A stretch of DNA of 63,979 bases, from assembly GCA_024542985.1 (NCBI GenBank), contig JAMXCX010000002.1, forward strand, positions 1 to 63,979. The letters are read 5' to 3'. Source of the stretch: Candidatus Omnitrophota bacterium (GTDB lineage: Bacteria > Omnitrophota > Gorgyraeia > Duberdicusellales > 4484-171). The position numbers and the translations under genes were made by a program. How positions within the stretch are numbered: the first letter of the stretch is position 1; each line of letters begins with the position of its first letter. Under the pieces are notes generated by a model. That model was not told the origin of the DNA. It ran no database searches and worked only from the letters and a program-made list of their open reading frames with translations. Positions 37,374-47,499 of the stretch are shown here, one piece after another.

Positions 37374-38090
37374 CTAGAAAAATTTGAATAATTTTCGTGA
37401 GCTCTCATCGCTACCTTGCGGACTTTCGATTATTCGTCCTTGTTTAAGAAAAAGTATCCTTTTCGCTTCTTTGGCTAGCTCTAAATTATGCGTAACTAAA
37501 ACTATTGTCTTATTTTTCTCCTTATTTAACCTACCAAGCAGTTTGACTATTTTTTGCTGGGAGTCTATGTCAAGATTGCCTGTAGGCTCATCGCAAAGAA
37601 TTATCTCAGGATCATTAGCCAGAGCTCTAGCAAAAGCTGTCTTTTGCTTTTGGCCGCCGCTTAATTCTGAAGGAAAAGCTTTCTGCTTTTCTTCTATATC
37701 TAAATATCTTAACAACTCCTGTATAGTTTTTAAAGAATATTTTCTCCCGCTTAACCGCAAGGGCAAAACTACGTTTTCTAATACATTTAACTCCTCTATA
37801 AGATGATAAAACTGAAAAACAAAACCTATGTGATTGCTTCTCCAGGAAGAGATGACCTTATCTGTTAATTTATATATATCTTTTCCCTTAAAAAATACTT
37901 CACCTTGTGTAGGAAAATCCAATCCTCCCAGAATATGCAAGAGAGTGGATTTCCCGGCGCCTGAAGGGCCTACGATAGAAACATAATCTCCGGCTTCAAG
38001 CGATAAAGACACACCCTCAAGCGCCCGCACTGATTCTTGAGTGCTGCTATAAACTTTTGTTACAGACTTTAATTCTATTAATCTACCCAT
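37374..38090 (-). CDS. lolD: LolD-like ABC transporter ATPase
   Basis: Walker A GPSGAGKST, signature LSGGQKQK, Walker B ILCDEPTGNLD. Overlaps the permease gene. Confidence 0.8.
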   Translation of the reverse strand: MGRLIELKSVTKVYSSTQESVRALEGVSLSLEAGDYVSIVGPSGAGKSTLLHILGGLDFPTQGEVFFKGKDIYKLTDKVISSWRSNHIGFVFQFYHLIEELNVLENVVLPLRLSGRKYSLKTIQELLRYLDIEEKQKAFPSELSGGQKQKTAFARALANDPEIILCDEPTGNLDIDSQQKIVKLLGRLNKEKNKTIVLVTHNLELAKEAKRILFLKQGRIIESPQGSDESSRKLFKFF

Positions 38091-39240
38091 AGCGTAAAGC
38101 TTCAGAAGCTGATAATCTGGCCGCTTTTATGGCCGGCAATAGGCTAAAAACATACGATAGAAAAAGCCCCACAAATATAATCAAAGATATATCCCTGTAA
38201 TTTATGGCCACGGGTAAATACTTTATATAATAAATCTCCGCCGGCAGCTTTATAAAAGGGTACTTTTTTAACAAAATGCATAACCCCAATCCTAAGACTG
38301 TTCCGCCAATAGTACCTATAAATCCTAAAAGTAAACCTTGCAAACTAAAAACAGTTAATATTTTTTTACTTGTAAATCCCAAAGACTTCAAAATTCCAAT
38401 ATCTTTGGTTTTCTCAACTACCTTTATACTCAAAGTAGCAAAAATATTAAAAGAAGCCACTAGAATAATTAAGCTCAGAATAATAAACATTGTTATCTTC
38501 TCAAGCTTCAAGGCAGAAAATAAAACCCGGTTTGACTCCATCCAGGTAGATATGAATACACCTTTGCCTAAATCTTTTTTTAATTTTTGCTTTAGGTCAC
38601 TGACCTTAAAAGCATCTTTGAGTCTTACCCCTAAAAAAAGAATATGATTAGGAGAAAGACTTTTGGCTTTCTCTAAGTCAGTAATAATATAGTTATTATC
38701 AATATCGTAAAGCCCTATTTTAAAAATACCTCTTATATGAGCCTTTTTTAGTTTTAGTTTTTTTCCCAAAGGGTAAAACTCAATTTTATCAGAAATAAAA
38801 AACTTATCTCTTAAAGCCTGCCCCACGAAAAATCCATCCTGGTGATTGTCCTCTTTTATATATTTGCTAAATATTTTAAGTTCTTTTTCATCGGTAAAGT
38901 CAATACCCTTTACCACCAAAGGAACAATTAAATTGTCAAATTTAGCGAATACTTGAGTCTGTAAAAATATTGATGCTCCTTCTATTTCCTCCCTAGCCTG
39001 GAGAATTTCTTTTATCCGGGGCAATCTGGTTTTATCAAAACTTTCTATTCTTAAGTGATGATTAAATTTCATTAGGCTATCAGTTAAATCGCGGTCGAAT
39101 CCGTTCATCACCGACATCACAATTATCAAAGTCGCAACCCCCAAAGCAACTCCCAAGCAAGATACAACAGCTATGAAGGATATATGCCGGGCCCCCCCTC
39201 TAAAAATATAACGTCGGACTAAATATAACTCAGGTATCAT
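38083..39240 (-). CDS. LolC/LolE-family (FtsX/MacB-type) permease
   Basis: Four TM segments, a large periplasmic loop, and a C-terminal FtsX-like domain. Confidence 0.8.
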   Translation of the reverse strand: MIPELYLVRRYIFRGGARHISFIAVVSCLGVALGVATLIIVMSVMNGFDRDLTDSLMKFNHHLRIESFDKTRLPRIKEILQAREEIEGASIFLQTQVFAKFDNLIVPLVVKGIDFTDEKELKIFSKYIKEDNHQDGFFVGQALRDKFFISDKIEFYPLGKKLKLKKAHIRGIFKIGLYDIDNNYIITDLEKAKSLSPNHILFLGVRLKDAFKVSDLKQKLKKDLGKGVFISTWMESNRVLFSALKLEKITMFIILSLIILVASFNIFATLSIKVVEKTKDIGILKSLGFTSKKILTVFSLQGLLLGFIGTIGGTVLGLGLCILLKKYPFIKLPAEIYYIKYLPVAINYRDISLIIFVGLFLSYVFSLLPAIKAARLSASEALRYG

Positions 39241-39335
39241 TTTATACAGATTTAAATTACTATCCGGCTAGCAATCTCTAGTTATAGATATGCTTTATTA
39301 ACATTCCTAAAAATACACCTACACAAGCCAAACTG

Positions 39336-40772
39336 TTAGCATTTATGTTCACCTACATCAGTCAAGGGTTTAAGGAGGGGGAAAAGAATTACATCTCTTA
39401 TTGAAGACTGGTTAAGAAGAACCATTGTTAATCTATCCATCCCTATCCCTAAACCTGCGGCAGGCGGCATTGCGTATTCCAGGCTAAGCAAAAATTCCTT
39501 ATCAATTTTCTTAGGAAGCTCCTCCTCTACTTCTAATTGCTTCTTAAACCTCAAGCGTTGTTCTATGGGGTCGTTCAGCTCCGAATAGGCATTCGCAACT
39601 TCTAAGCCGCCGACAAATAACTCAAATCTATCTACAATATGAGGATTATCCTTATTTCTCTTTGCCAAAGGAGAAGTCCAAGTAAAATAATCAATTATAA
39701 ATGCCGGCTTATCTTTAGGATAATTCTTTTCAATAAGTTCTTCGGTGATATTAAGAATTTGGCTCCGGCTTAGACTTTTAGTTAATTTCATTTTCTTGCC
39801 GATTTTTTTGAGCATAATTTCCTGAGAGTCACTACAATCAATGCCAAATTCCTTACTAAATAACTCAGCGAAAGAAATCCTCTGCCAAGGCGGAGTAAAG
39901 TCAATTTTCTGGCCTTGATATTCTATCACTAAAGAAGAACATATGTTGCCGGCAAGATAGGAAAACAAGTTCTCACAAATATTCATCATATATTCATAAT
40001 TATCATAAGCAGAATAAGCCTCAAGCATAGTAAATTCCGGATTATGCCGGGTGGAAACTCCTTCGTTGCGAAAACTTCTGTTTATTTCATAAATCTTCTC
40101 TAAGCCTCCCACTAAAAGACGTTTTAAGTAAAGTTCGGGAGCAATCCTTAGATAAACATCAGAATCAGTTGCATTATGGTGGGTAGAAAAAGGTTTACCG
40201 GCTGCTCCTCCGGCTATATGATGAAGCATAGGAGTTTCTACCTCTATAAAATTAAGCTTGTTAAAAAATTCCCGCGTTAAAGAAATTATTTTCGACCTCT
40301 TTATAAAAACTTCCCGTACTTCCGGATTAGCGATTAAATCCAGATACCGCTGGCGGTATCTTACCTCAACATCTTTAAGCCCATGCCACTTCTCAGGCAA
40401 AGGCCGCATAGCTTTAGACAGAAGCTTTATCTCGCTGACTGAAATAGTTGACTCGTCAGTTCTGGTTTTAAATAATACTCCTTTTACTCCGATGATATCT
40501 CCAATATCAAGCTCTTTAAACAACTCATAAAGCTCACCTAGCTTATTTAGCTGAGCATAAAACTGCAGCTTTCCGCTATAGTCACTTATATGGGCAAATC
40601 CTGACTTTCCGTGTTCGCGCTTAGAAATCAGGCGGCCGGCAACCGAAACCTCTTTATTTTCTTCAAATCCGTCCAAAATCTCCTTTATAGACAAGGACTT
40701 AGGAAAATCCGTCTCCAAGAAAGGATTGCCGAATTTAGAAGTAATTTTTTCCAATTTAGCCTCTGACTTCAT
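39336..40772 (-). CDS. lysS: lysyl-tRNA synthetase, class II
   Basis: OB-fold N-domain and class II motifs (RYRQRYLDL, FRNEG, GLGIGMDRL). Confidence 0.95.
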   Translation of the reverse strand: MKSEAKLEKITSKFGNPFLETDFPKSLSIKEILDGFEENKEVSVAGRLISKREHGKSGFAHISDYSGKLQFYAQLNKLGELYELFKELDIGDIIGVKGVLFKTRTDESTISVSEIKLLSKAMRPLPEKWHGLKDVEVRYRQRYLDLIANPEVREVFIKRSKIISLTREFFNKLNFIEVETPMLHHIAGGAAGKPFSTHHNATDSDVYLRIAPELYLKRLLVGGLEKIYEINRSFRNEGVSTRHNPEFTMLEAYSAYDNYEYMMNICENLFSYLAGNICSSLVIEYQGQKIDFTPPWQRISFAELFSKEFGIDCSDSQEIMLKKIGKKMKLTKSLSRSQILNITEELIEKNYPKDKPAFIIDYFTWTSPLAKRNKDNPHIVDRFELFVGGLEVANAYSELNDPIEQRLRFKKQLEVEEELPKKIDKEFLLSLEYAMPPAAGLGIGMDRLTMVLLNQSSIRDVILFPLLKPLTDVGEHKC

Positions 40773-40781
40773 AGTGAATAG

Positions 40782-40810
40782 ATTATATATAATATACCTA
40801 TATATGTCAA
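40782..40810 (-). promoter_or_regulatory. consensus sigma70 promoter of lysS (leaderless or near-leaderless)
   Basis: On the minus strand, TTGACA (40810-40805), 17 nt, TATAAT (40787-40782). The ATG at 40772 is only 9 nt downstream and has no SD. Confidence 0.6.
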
Positions 40811-40862
40811 ATTAAATCACTAAAAAGCTTGATTCTGTTCTAATTGGAAAATTTGAGGCGAG

Positions 40863-41828
40863 TCAGTCTAAGGGGAAATGACAGGCAAATTGCCGATTAT
40901 CTTTTCTAATCAGTTCAGGTTCTATATATTTACATTTATCCTGAGCATAAATGCACCGGGTATGAAAACGACAGCCTGAAGGCGGGTTTATTGGCGAAGG
41001 TATATCTCCTTTCAGTATGATTCTTTTTCTTACTTTTACTGGATTAAGCCTAGGAATTGCTGACAAAAGCGCCTCAGTGTAAGGGTGATAGGGCTTCTGA
41101 TAAAGCTCTCTTGATGAAGCTACTTCCACAATCTTTCCTAAATACATTACTGCTACCCTATCGCTTATATGCGCAATAACCCTTAAATCATGTGCTATAA
41201 ATAAATATGTAAGCCCAAACTCTTTTTGCAAATCAACTAGAAGATTTATTATTTGAGCTTGGATAGATACATCAAGGCTAGAAACCGGCTCATCGGCAAT
41301 TATAAGTTTGGGGGTTAAAGATAAACTCCTAGCAATACCAATTCTTTGACGTTGACCCCCGCTAAATTGATGCGGATAGCGATTAATTATCTCTGGGGAA
41401 AGTCCAACAATATCCAGCAAGTACTTAACTTTGTTAGTAATTTCACTCTTATCGACAATATGATGTATCAGCAAGGCTTCACCAATAATTTGACCGGCGC
41501 TCATTCGAGGGTTAAGTGAAGCATAAGGATCCTGAAATATGACCTGTATATTACGGCGAACGGGCCTGGCTTCTTGAGAATTGAGATTCGTTAAATCTTT
41601 ACCATCAAATTGTATTTTTCCGGAGGTAGGCTCAAGCAATCCGGCGATAAGCCTGCCTAAAGTAGATTTACCACAACCGGATTCACCTACCAGGCCCAAA
41701 GTTTGACCTTCTTCTATGACTAAGCTAACCCCATCAACTGCCCTGACAATACTCTTATCTGTTTTAAAAAAACTTCTCTGGGTTAAGAAATGCTTTACCA
41801 AATTATCTACTGTTACTAAATCCTTCAT
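40863..41828 (-). CDS. oligopeptide/dipeptide-type ABC ATPase (OppF/DppF-like)
   Basis: Walker [10 protein letters not shown], signature FSGGQRQR, and the C-terminal oligopeptide-transporter extension with a Cys cluster. Confidence 0.85.
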   Translation of the reverse strand: MKDLVTVDNLVKHFLTQRSFFKTDKSIVRAVDGVSLVIEEGQTLGLVGESGCGKSTLGRLIAGLLEPTSGKIQFDGKDLTNLNSQEARPVRRNIQVIFQDPYASLNPRMSAGQIIGEALLIHHIVDKSEITNKVKYLLDIVGLSPEIINRYPHQFSGGQRQRIGIARSLSLTPKLIIADEPVSSLDVSIQAQIINLLVDLQKEFGLTYLFIAHDLRVIAHISDRVAVMYLGKIVEVASSRELYQKPYHPYTEALLSAIPRLNPVKVRKRIILKGDIPSPINPPSGCRFHTRCIYAQDKCKYIEPELIRKDNRQFACHFPLD

Positions 41829-42787
41829 TTTACCTTATGACAAGATACCCAATGACTACTTTTTACCTCAATCAACTCCGGCTGGTGTTTCCGGCATTCA
41901 GAATCTGCTTTGTCGCAACGTTCACAAAACGCACACCCCGAAGGCAAATTTAAAAGATTCGGCACAAGGCCCGGGATAGTTTTAAGTCTACCATTTGCAT
42001 CTTCTTCTAAGGAAGGAACTGAAGCTAATAAGCCTAAAGTATAAGGATGCAAAGGTTCATTTATAACAGCTTGGGCAGTAGAATATTCTACAATTTTTCC
42101 GCTATACATAATTGCCACATTATCAACAGTATTAGCAATAATACCTAAATCATGAGTTATTAAAATCATGGCCATATTTTTTTCTTTCTGGATTCTAGCT
42201 ATTAATTCCAGTATCTGTGCTTGGATAGTAACATCTAAGGCAGTTGTTGGCTCATCAGCAATCAAAAGGCTAGGGTTGCAAGAAAGGGCCATAGCAATCA
42301 TTACCCGCTGGCGCATTCCTCCGCTTAATTGATGAGGGTAATCCTTGAGCCTTTTCTCTGAGTCAGCAATACCAACTTCTACTAATAGTTCAATTGTCTT
42401 AGCAATGGCTTTATTTTTCTCCAGTTTCTGATGAAGCATAAGGCCTTCAATTATCTGCTCCCCAATAGTAAAAACAGGATTTAAAGCTGTTAATGGCTCC
42501 TGAAAGATAAGAGAAATCTCTGAACCTCTGAGTTGCTGCAGTTCTTTATCTGAAAACTTACAGATATCTTTTTCTTTATATAAAATTTCGCCTTCTACAA
42601 TTTTTCCCGGATAAGGAACGAGACCTAAAATAGACAAGGCTGTTACGCTTTTTCCGCAGCCGGATTCTCCTACCAAACCCAAAGTCTGCCCTTCGTCAAT
42701 TGAAAAACTTAAGCCCCTTACTGCTTCTACCTCTCCGGCATCAATAAAAAAAGAAGTGCTTAAATTATTCACCCTTAATAAACTCAT
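41825..42787 (-). CDS. oligopeptide/dipeptide-type ABC ATPase (OppD/DppD-like)
   Basis: Walker A GESGCGKS, signature LSGGMRQR, and a C-terminal Cys cluster. Confidence 0.85.
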   Translation of the reverse strand: MSLLRVNNLSTSFFIDAGEVEAVRGLSFSIDEGQTLGLVGESGCGKSVTALSILGLVPYPGKIVEGEILYKEKDICKFSDKELQQLRGSEISLIFQEPLTALNPVFTIGEQIIEGLMLHQKLEKNKAIAKTIELLVEVGIADSEKRLKDYPHQLSGGMRQRVMIAMALSCNPSLLIADEPTTALDVTIQAQILELIARIQKEKNMAMILITHDLGIIANTVDNVAIMYSGKIVEYSTAQAVINEPLHPYTLGLLASVPSLEEDANGRLKTIPGLVPNLLNLPSGCAFCERCDKADSECRKHQPELIEVKSSHWVSCHKVK

Positions 42788-42795
42788 ATTCAGTC

Positions 42796-42826
42796 GTAAG
42801 CTATAAGCTTTAAGTTATAAGTTAAG
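42796..42826. repeat. heptad array (gtaagctataagctttaagttataagttaag)
   Basis: Fills the spacer between the four-helix-bundle gene stop (42829) and the oppD start (42787). TAAGCT orientation. Confidence 0.8.
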
Positions 42827-42828
42827 AA

Positions 42829-43176
42829 TCATAACTTTTTAATTAATCCGAACAGCATTTTACCAATTTCCTCAGACAGAGGAAAAATCTTTTCATAATC
42901 CTTATCCTTAATGAAACCTAAGTCTTTACTTAATATAAGATAACATTTCACCTCTTCTAAAGATCCTTCTGACATATTAAGAAAATGTCTAAAATCCTTG
43001 CTGCTTCTTCTTTTATTCCCTTCAACTATATTCGCTATAACAGAAACTGCCGCACGCCTTATTTGTTGAGTCAAGCCAAATTTTTCGTCTTGAGGAAAGC
43101 TTTTAGTAAGTTTATAAATTTCTAAAACTAATTCATATCCTTTATTCCAGACTTTTAAATCTCTAAAATCCTTCAT
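42829..43176 (-). CDS. four-helix-bundle protein (23S rRNA intervening-sequence protein / Avd-like family)
   Basis: 115 aa. Family hallmarks: FRDLKVWNKGYEL...QIRRAAVSVIANIVEG...SEGSLEEVKCYL. Confidence 0.85.
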   Translation of the reverse strand: MKDFRDLKVWNKGYELVLEIYKLTKSFPQDEKFGLTQQIRRAAVSVIANIVEGNKRRSSKDFRHFLNMSEGSLEEVKCYLILSKDLGFIKDKDYEKIFPLSEEIGKMLFGLIKKL

Positions 43177-43180
43177 CTCT

Positions 43181-43282
43181 CTTCTTAGCTTACAGCTTAC
43201 TCTTTTCTCTCTCTTCTTCTTATCTTAAATCTCTTATCTCTTAGCTTAAAGCTTACAGCTTATAGCTTATAGCTTATAGCTA
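43181..43282. repeat. composite heptad repeat (AGCTTAC, CT-rich block, AGCTTAT x4)
   Basis: Fills the spacer between the trpS stop (43285) and the four-helix-bundle start (43176). AGCTTA orientation. Shares modules with 8127-8397. Confidence 0.9.
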
Positions 43283-43284
43283 TT

Positions 43285-44274
43285 TTAAAGTTTCAATATC
43301 TCCTTGACTTCATCCAGGGTTTGACTGGCTATTTTTTTAGCTTTCTTTCTTCCCTCTTGTAATATATCATCTATATAATGTTTCTTCTTTAAAATCTGTC
43401 GTTTCATTTCTCTATGAGGGGCTATAAAATCTTTAATATACTTTAATAATATCGTCTTACACTCCTGACAACCTTTTTTAGCCTTAACGCACCAATCGTA
43501 AACTTCATCTTTAAGGTCTTCTTTAAAAATAGAGTAGTAACTGAAAACATTACAAATATCGGGATGACCGGGGTCATCTTTCCTTTTCCTGGCGGGATCT
43601 GTAAACATAGACAAGACTTTACGCTGCAAGTTTTCATCATCCTCGCTGAGAGAAATATAGTTATCATAGCTTTTACTCATTTTTCTTCCGTCAAGGCCTA
43701 AAAAGCGAGGAGTCTTGGTGAGCAGCGCTTTTGGTTCTATGAAAATTTTCTTTTTATAGATAAAATGAAACCTGCGTACAATCTCCCGGCATAATTCCAA
43801 ATGAGGCAGTTGATCCTCTCCTACAGGAACAGAATTTGCTTTATAGAGAACAATATCTGCCGCTTGCAAAACTGGATAGCCCAAAAAAGCATAGGTATTG
43901 ACATCCTTTTCCTTTAATTGGATGACTTGCTCTTTAAATGTTGGGCATCTGGATAACCACCCTAAAGGAGTTAAGGCCGATAAAATCATAAACAATTCTA
44001 AATGTTCGAGTACCTGTGATTGGACAAAGATAATGCTTTTTTGAGGATTTACGCCATAACTTAACCAATCAGCCACATTATCAAAAATATACTTCTTTAT
44101 GAAAGTTGTGTTTTTGTATTCGCTCATAAGCGCATGCCAATCAGCAACCATAAAAAAACATTTATACTCTTTCTGCAGCTCAATCCAATTCGAAAGAGCC
44201 CCCACCCAATGCCCCAGGTGCAAATTTCCTGTCGGCCTCATACCGCTTAAAATGACTTTACGGCTTGTATTCAT
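43285..44274 (-). CDS. trpS: tryptophanyl-tRNA synthetase
   Basis: HIGH-type motif GNLHLGH and KMSKS motif. Confidence 0.95.
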   Translation of the reverse strand: MNTSRKVILSGMRPTGNLHLGHWVGALSNWIELQKEYKCFFMVADWHALMSEYKNTTFIKKYIFDNVADWLSYGVNPQKSIIFVQSQVLEHLELFMILSALTPLGWLSRCPTFKEQVIQLKEKDVNTYAFLGYPVLQAADIVLYKANSVPVGEDQLPHLELCREIVRRFHFIYKKKIFIEPKALLTKTPRFLGLDGRKMSKSYDNYISLSEDDENLQRKVLSMFTDPARKRKDDPGHPDICNVFSYYSIFKEDLKDEVYDWCVKAKKGCQECKTILLKYIKDFIAPHREMKRQILKKKHYIDDILQEGRKKAKKIASQTLDEVKEILKL

Positions 44275-44330
44275 TTTATTAATTTTGTTAAAAGGCCGGG
44301 CAGGCCCGTCCCCTACAACTATATGTAAAA

Positions 44331-46238
44331 CTACTTGAGGCGGCGGGCAATTATTTCTTCGTTAAAAACATCGATAACATCGCCTTCTTTTATCTTGTCA
44401 TTACCGATACTTATTCCGCACTCAATCCCTTCAATTACTTCTTTTACATCCTCTTTAAATCGTTTTAAAGTCTGAATTTTACCTTCAAAAATCACCTCAT
44501 TTCCGCGAAAAAGATGGGCAATTTTTCCCCTAAGGATTTTTCCTTTTTCTACCATGCATCCTGCTATTATGCCTGCTTTTGAAAGCTTAAATACTGTTTT
44601 AACTCTTGCCCTCCCCAGAAAGGTACGCTTTATTTGAGGAGTAAGCAACCCCTCTACTGCTGCCTTAACATCATCAACAAGCTCATAAATAATCTGGTAT
44701 GACCTAACCTCTATGCCTTTCTTTTTAGCCAACTCCCTAACCTGACTATCAATAACAACCTTAAACCCGACAACTATTGAATCAGTAACATCAGCCAAAA
44801 GAACATCGGAAGAATTTACTGCTCCTACCCCTTTGTGGACTATGACTAGTTCTACCTCTTGAGAAGGAATCTTTCTTAAAGCTCCCTCCACTGCCTCCAA
44901 AGTCCCCCCTACGTCTGCTTTTAGAATAACTTTTAGCTGTTTTAGATGCTCTTCTTTCACCTTTTTATATAAGTCTTCTAGTTTGAGATGAGCAGTAGGA
45001 GTAAGTTTTTTCTTTCTCTCCTTTTCCCTTCTTTTTTCTGCTATTTCTTTTGCGCTTTTCTCATCAGGAACAACTAAAATCTGCTCCCCGGGATTAGGAA
45101 CGCCGTTTAAACCTGAAATCTCAACGGGATACGAAGCAACAGCTTCCTGGACTCTATCTCCATTATCATCGTGCATTGCTTTTATTTTTGCCCAATAAGG
45201 GCCGCACACGCAGAAATCCCCTACCTTAAGAATCCCCTCCTTAATCAAAACTGTTGCCAAAGACCCTCTACCTTTAGAAAGTTTAGCCTCAACCACAACG
45301 CCTATAGCCGGGCGCACGTGGTCAGCCTTTAGCTCCATCATATCGGCATGAAGAATAATAAGATCCAATAATTCATTTATGCCTTGACCGGTTTTTGCCG
45401 ATACTGCCACTGTAGTTGTTTTACCACCCCAATCCTCAGGAACAAGTTCAATCTTGGAAAGCTGTTGTTTTACTTTATCCGGGTTAGCATTTGGCCTATC
45501 AATTTTATTAATTGCAACGATTATCGGCACTTGAGCTGCTTTTGCGTGATCAATAGCTTCTATAGTCTGAGGTTTAACACCTTCATCAGCATCTATAACT
45601 ATAACAACTATATCGGTAATATCAGCTCCTCTTGCCCGCATAGCTGTAAAAGTTTCATGGCCAGGCGTATCTAAGAAAGTGACTCTGCCTTTATCTAAAG
45701 CCACCTGATAAGCACCCATATGCTGGGTAATACCTCCGGATTCTTTTTCAGCAACCTTACTATTTCTTATATAATCCAAGATGCTGGTTTTACCATGATC
45801 AATGTGGCCCATAAGAGTAATAATAGGGGCCCGCTTGGTGAGATTTTTTGACTCAATCTTTAAAATCTCTTCTTCTTTTGAAAGTTTCTCTCTTAGATTA
45901 ATCTTGTAGCTATAAGCAATATCCCGAGCTATTGACTCATCAATATTCTGATTTATGGTAAAAAATTTACCTTGCTTTATAAAGACGGTCAAAAGCTCAG
46001 AGGGTTTTTTGTTTAGTTTAACCGCTAGGTCCTTAACGGTAATAGGGAAATCAACCTCAACAACATTTTCTTCGATTTCTTTTTTATCTAGCTCTCCTAC
46101 CTCATGCTTAATAATCTCTGCAGTTTCTTTATCTACGCTGGACATATGATTCTTTACGGGAAAATTAAGAACTTTTAGCTTGAGAATCAATTGTTTACTG
46201 TCTATGCCTAGCTCTTTAGCAAGTTCATGAATTCTCAT
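44331..46238 (-). CDS. infB: translation initiation factor IF-2
   Basis: G-domain motifs [19 protein letters not shown]. Follows nusA. Confidence 0.95.
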   Translation of the reverse strand: MRIHELAKELGIDSKQLILKLKVLNFPVKNHMSSVDKETAEIIKHEVGELDKKEIEENVVEVDFPITVKDLAVKLNKKPSELLTVFIKQGKFFTINQNIDESIARDIAYSYKINLREKLSKEEEILKIESKNLTKRAPIITLMGHIDHGKTSILDYIRNSKVAEKESGGITQHMGAYQVALDKGRVTFLDTPGHETFTAMRARGADITDIVVIVIDADEGVKPQTIEAIDHAKAAQVPIIVAINKIDRPNANPDKVKQQLSKIELVPEDWGGKTTTVAVSAKTGQGINELLDLIILHADMMELKADHVRPAIGVVVEAKLSKGRGSLATVLIKEGILKVGDFCVCGPYWAKIKAMHDDNGDRVQEAVASYPVEISGLNGVPNPGEQILVVPDEKSAKEIAEKRREKERKKKLTPTAHLKLEDLYKKVKEEHLKQLKVILKADVGGTLEAVEGALRKIPSQEVELVIVHKGVGAVNSSDVLLADVTDSIVVGFKVVIDSQVRELAKKKGIEVRSYQIIYELVDDVKAAVEGLLTPQIKRTFLGRARVKTVFKLSKAGIIAGCMVEKGKILRGKIAHLFRGNEVIFEGKIQTLKRFKEDVKEVIEGIECGISIGNDKIKEGDVIDVFNEEIIARRLK

Positions 46239-47478
46239 CTTTGGCTATCTCCTTTTTTGCTTCCTCTTTAGAAACCGGATTCTCATCTTTGGCTATCTCC
46301 TTTTTTGTTTCCTCTTTAGCAGCCGAAACAGAGGTTTTTACGTTTGCACTGAGCGTTTTCTTTGCCTCTTCAATTATACTGGTTGCTTTCTTTTTTCCAA
46401 TGCCTTTAAGCTTAGAAAGCACATTTGGTTCAATCTTAGCTAAAACTCCCAAATCACCGTAACCGGAATCCACCAGCGTCTCTGCTGCTTTCTTGCCCAC
46501 GGCCTTTAATTGAAGTAATTTCTTAATACTTTCTTCAATGCTTTCCCGCGAACGCACATCTATTTCCCAAGAAACCAATCTTGCAGCCAAACGAACATTT
46601 TGACCTCTTCTGCCTATAGCCAAAGATAGCTGATCTGAAGCAACCAAAACCTTCGCTCTTTTGTTATCCCTATCTAGGTCTATCATAGATATCACAGCCG
46701 GCGAAAGCGCAGCCTTCATAAATTCCTTTATATCCTCACTCCAGCGTACAATATCAATTTTCTCACCCCGCAATTCTTCTATTATACTTTTTACCCTAGA
46801 GCCTCTTATCCCTACGCATGCACCAACACAATCCACCTTTTCATCTTTAGATGCAACTGCGACTTTTGTCCTTTCGCCAGGCTCACGTGCTATAGATTTA
46901 ATCTCTACGATCCCCTCTCCTATCTCAGGAACTTCTAAATCGAACAGCTTCCTCACTAATCCTTCATGTTTGCGGGAAAGAATTATCTGTACACCCTTCT
47001 CTTTCTTAACTTCATATACAAAAGCTTTTACCCTTTCTCCCAACCTGAACCTATCTAAAGGAGAAAGAAAAGAATTAGGAATTATACCTTCTGTTTTCCC
47101 CATAAGATCTAAAATGATGGCCCTTCGTTCTATCCTATACACTAGTCCGCCTACGATACTTCCTTCTTTATCCTTATACTCCTTATAAATATTATCCTTT
47201 TCAGCCTCTCTTATTTTTTGGATAATTACCTGCCTTGCAGTTTGAGCGGCAATTCTACCAAACTCGCTAGATAGAATTTCTTTATCTCCTACATAAACAT
47301 GTATATCTCCTTTTAAAGGGTCAATTTCCACCTTAACCTCTTCCTCTTGAGAAGCTACCTTGGAAATCTTTTTAGCCGCTACAGTCAAAGCACTTTTTAC
47401 CGCTTCGAGAAGAATATTCCTATCTAAGCCTTTTTCCCGTTCTAATTGTGTAAGTATACTCAAAAATTCTTTTCCCAC
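46225..47478 (-). CDS. nusA: transcription termination/antitermination factor NusA
   Basis: S1 and two KH domains (GACVGIRGSRV, AIGRRGQNVRLA). The C-terminal Lys/Glu tail contains a duplicated 16-residue unit. Confidence 0.95.
   Translation of the reverse strand: MGKEFLSILTQLEREKGLDRNILLEAVKSALTVAAKKISKVASQEEEVKVEIDPLKGDIHVYVGDKEILSSEFGRIAAQTARQVIIQKIREAEKDNIYKEYKDKEGSIVGGLVYRIERRAIILDLMGKTEGIIPNSFLSPLDRFRLGERVKAFVYEVKKEKGVQIILSRKHEGLVRKLFDLEVPEIGEGIVEIKSIAREPGERTKVAVASKDEKVDCVGACVGIRGSRVKSIIEELRGEKIDIVRWSEDIKEFMKAALSPAVISMIDLDRDNKRAKVLVASDQLSLAIGRRGQNVRLAARLVSWEIDVRSRESIEESIKKLLQLKAVGKKAAETLVDSGYGDLGVLAKIEPNVLSKLKGIGKKKATSIIEEAKKTLSANVKTSVSAAKEETKKEIAKDENPVSKEEAKKEIAKDENS
46231..46319. repeat. 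48-bp-period tandem duplication at the nusA 3' end / infB start
   Basis: The 41-mer attctcatctttggctatctccttttttg(c/t)ttcctctttag occurs at 46231-46271 and 46279-46319 with one mismatch. Confidence 0.9.
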
Positions 47479-47499
47479 TTTTTAGCCCTCCTGCTTTAA

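Noticed and set aside
43242-43282. The AGCTTAT x4 array as a HutP-type (UAGNNNN)n antiterminator binding site.
   Set aside because: The UAG-phase reading is on the plus strand, whereas local transcription is on the minus strand. No hutP-like gene or hut operon is present. The resemblance is only in period.
43443-43667. 74-aa minus-strand ORF inside trpS.
   Set aside because: It is an alternative frame wholly contained in trpS, which has intact HIGH and KMSKS motifs.
44286-44312. GC-rich segment after infB (ggccgggcaggcccgtcccc) as a terminator.
   Set aside because: Only a 4-5 bp stem can form, with a very small loop and a short U-run. This is too weak to call.
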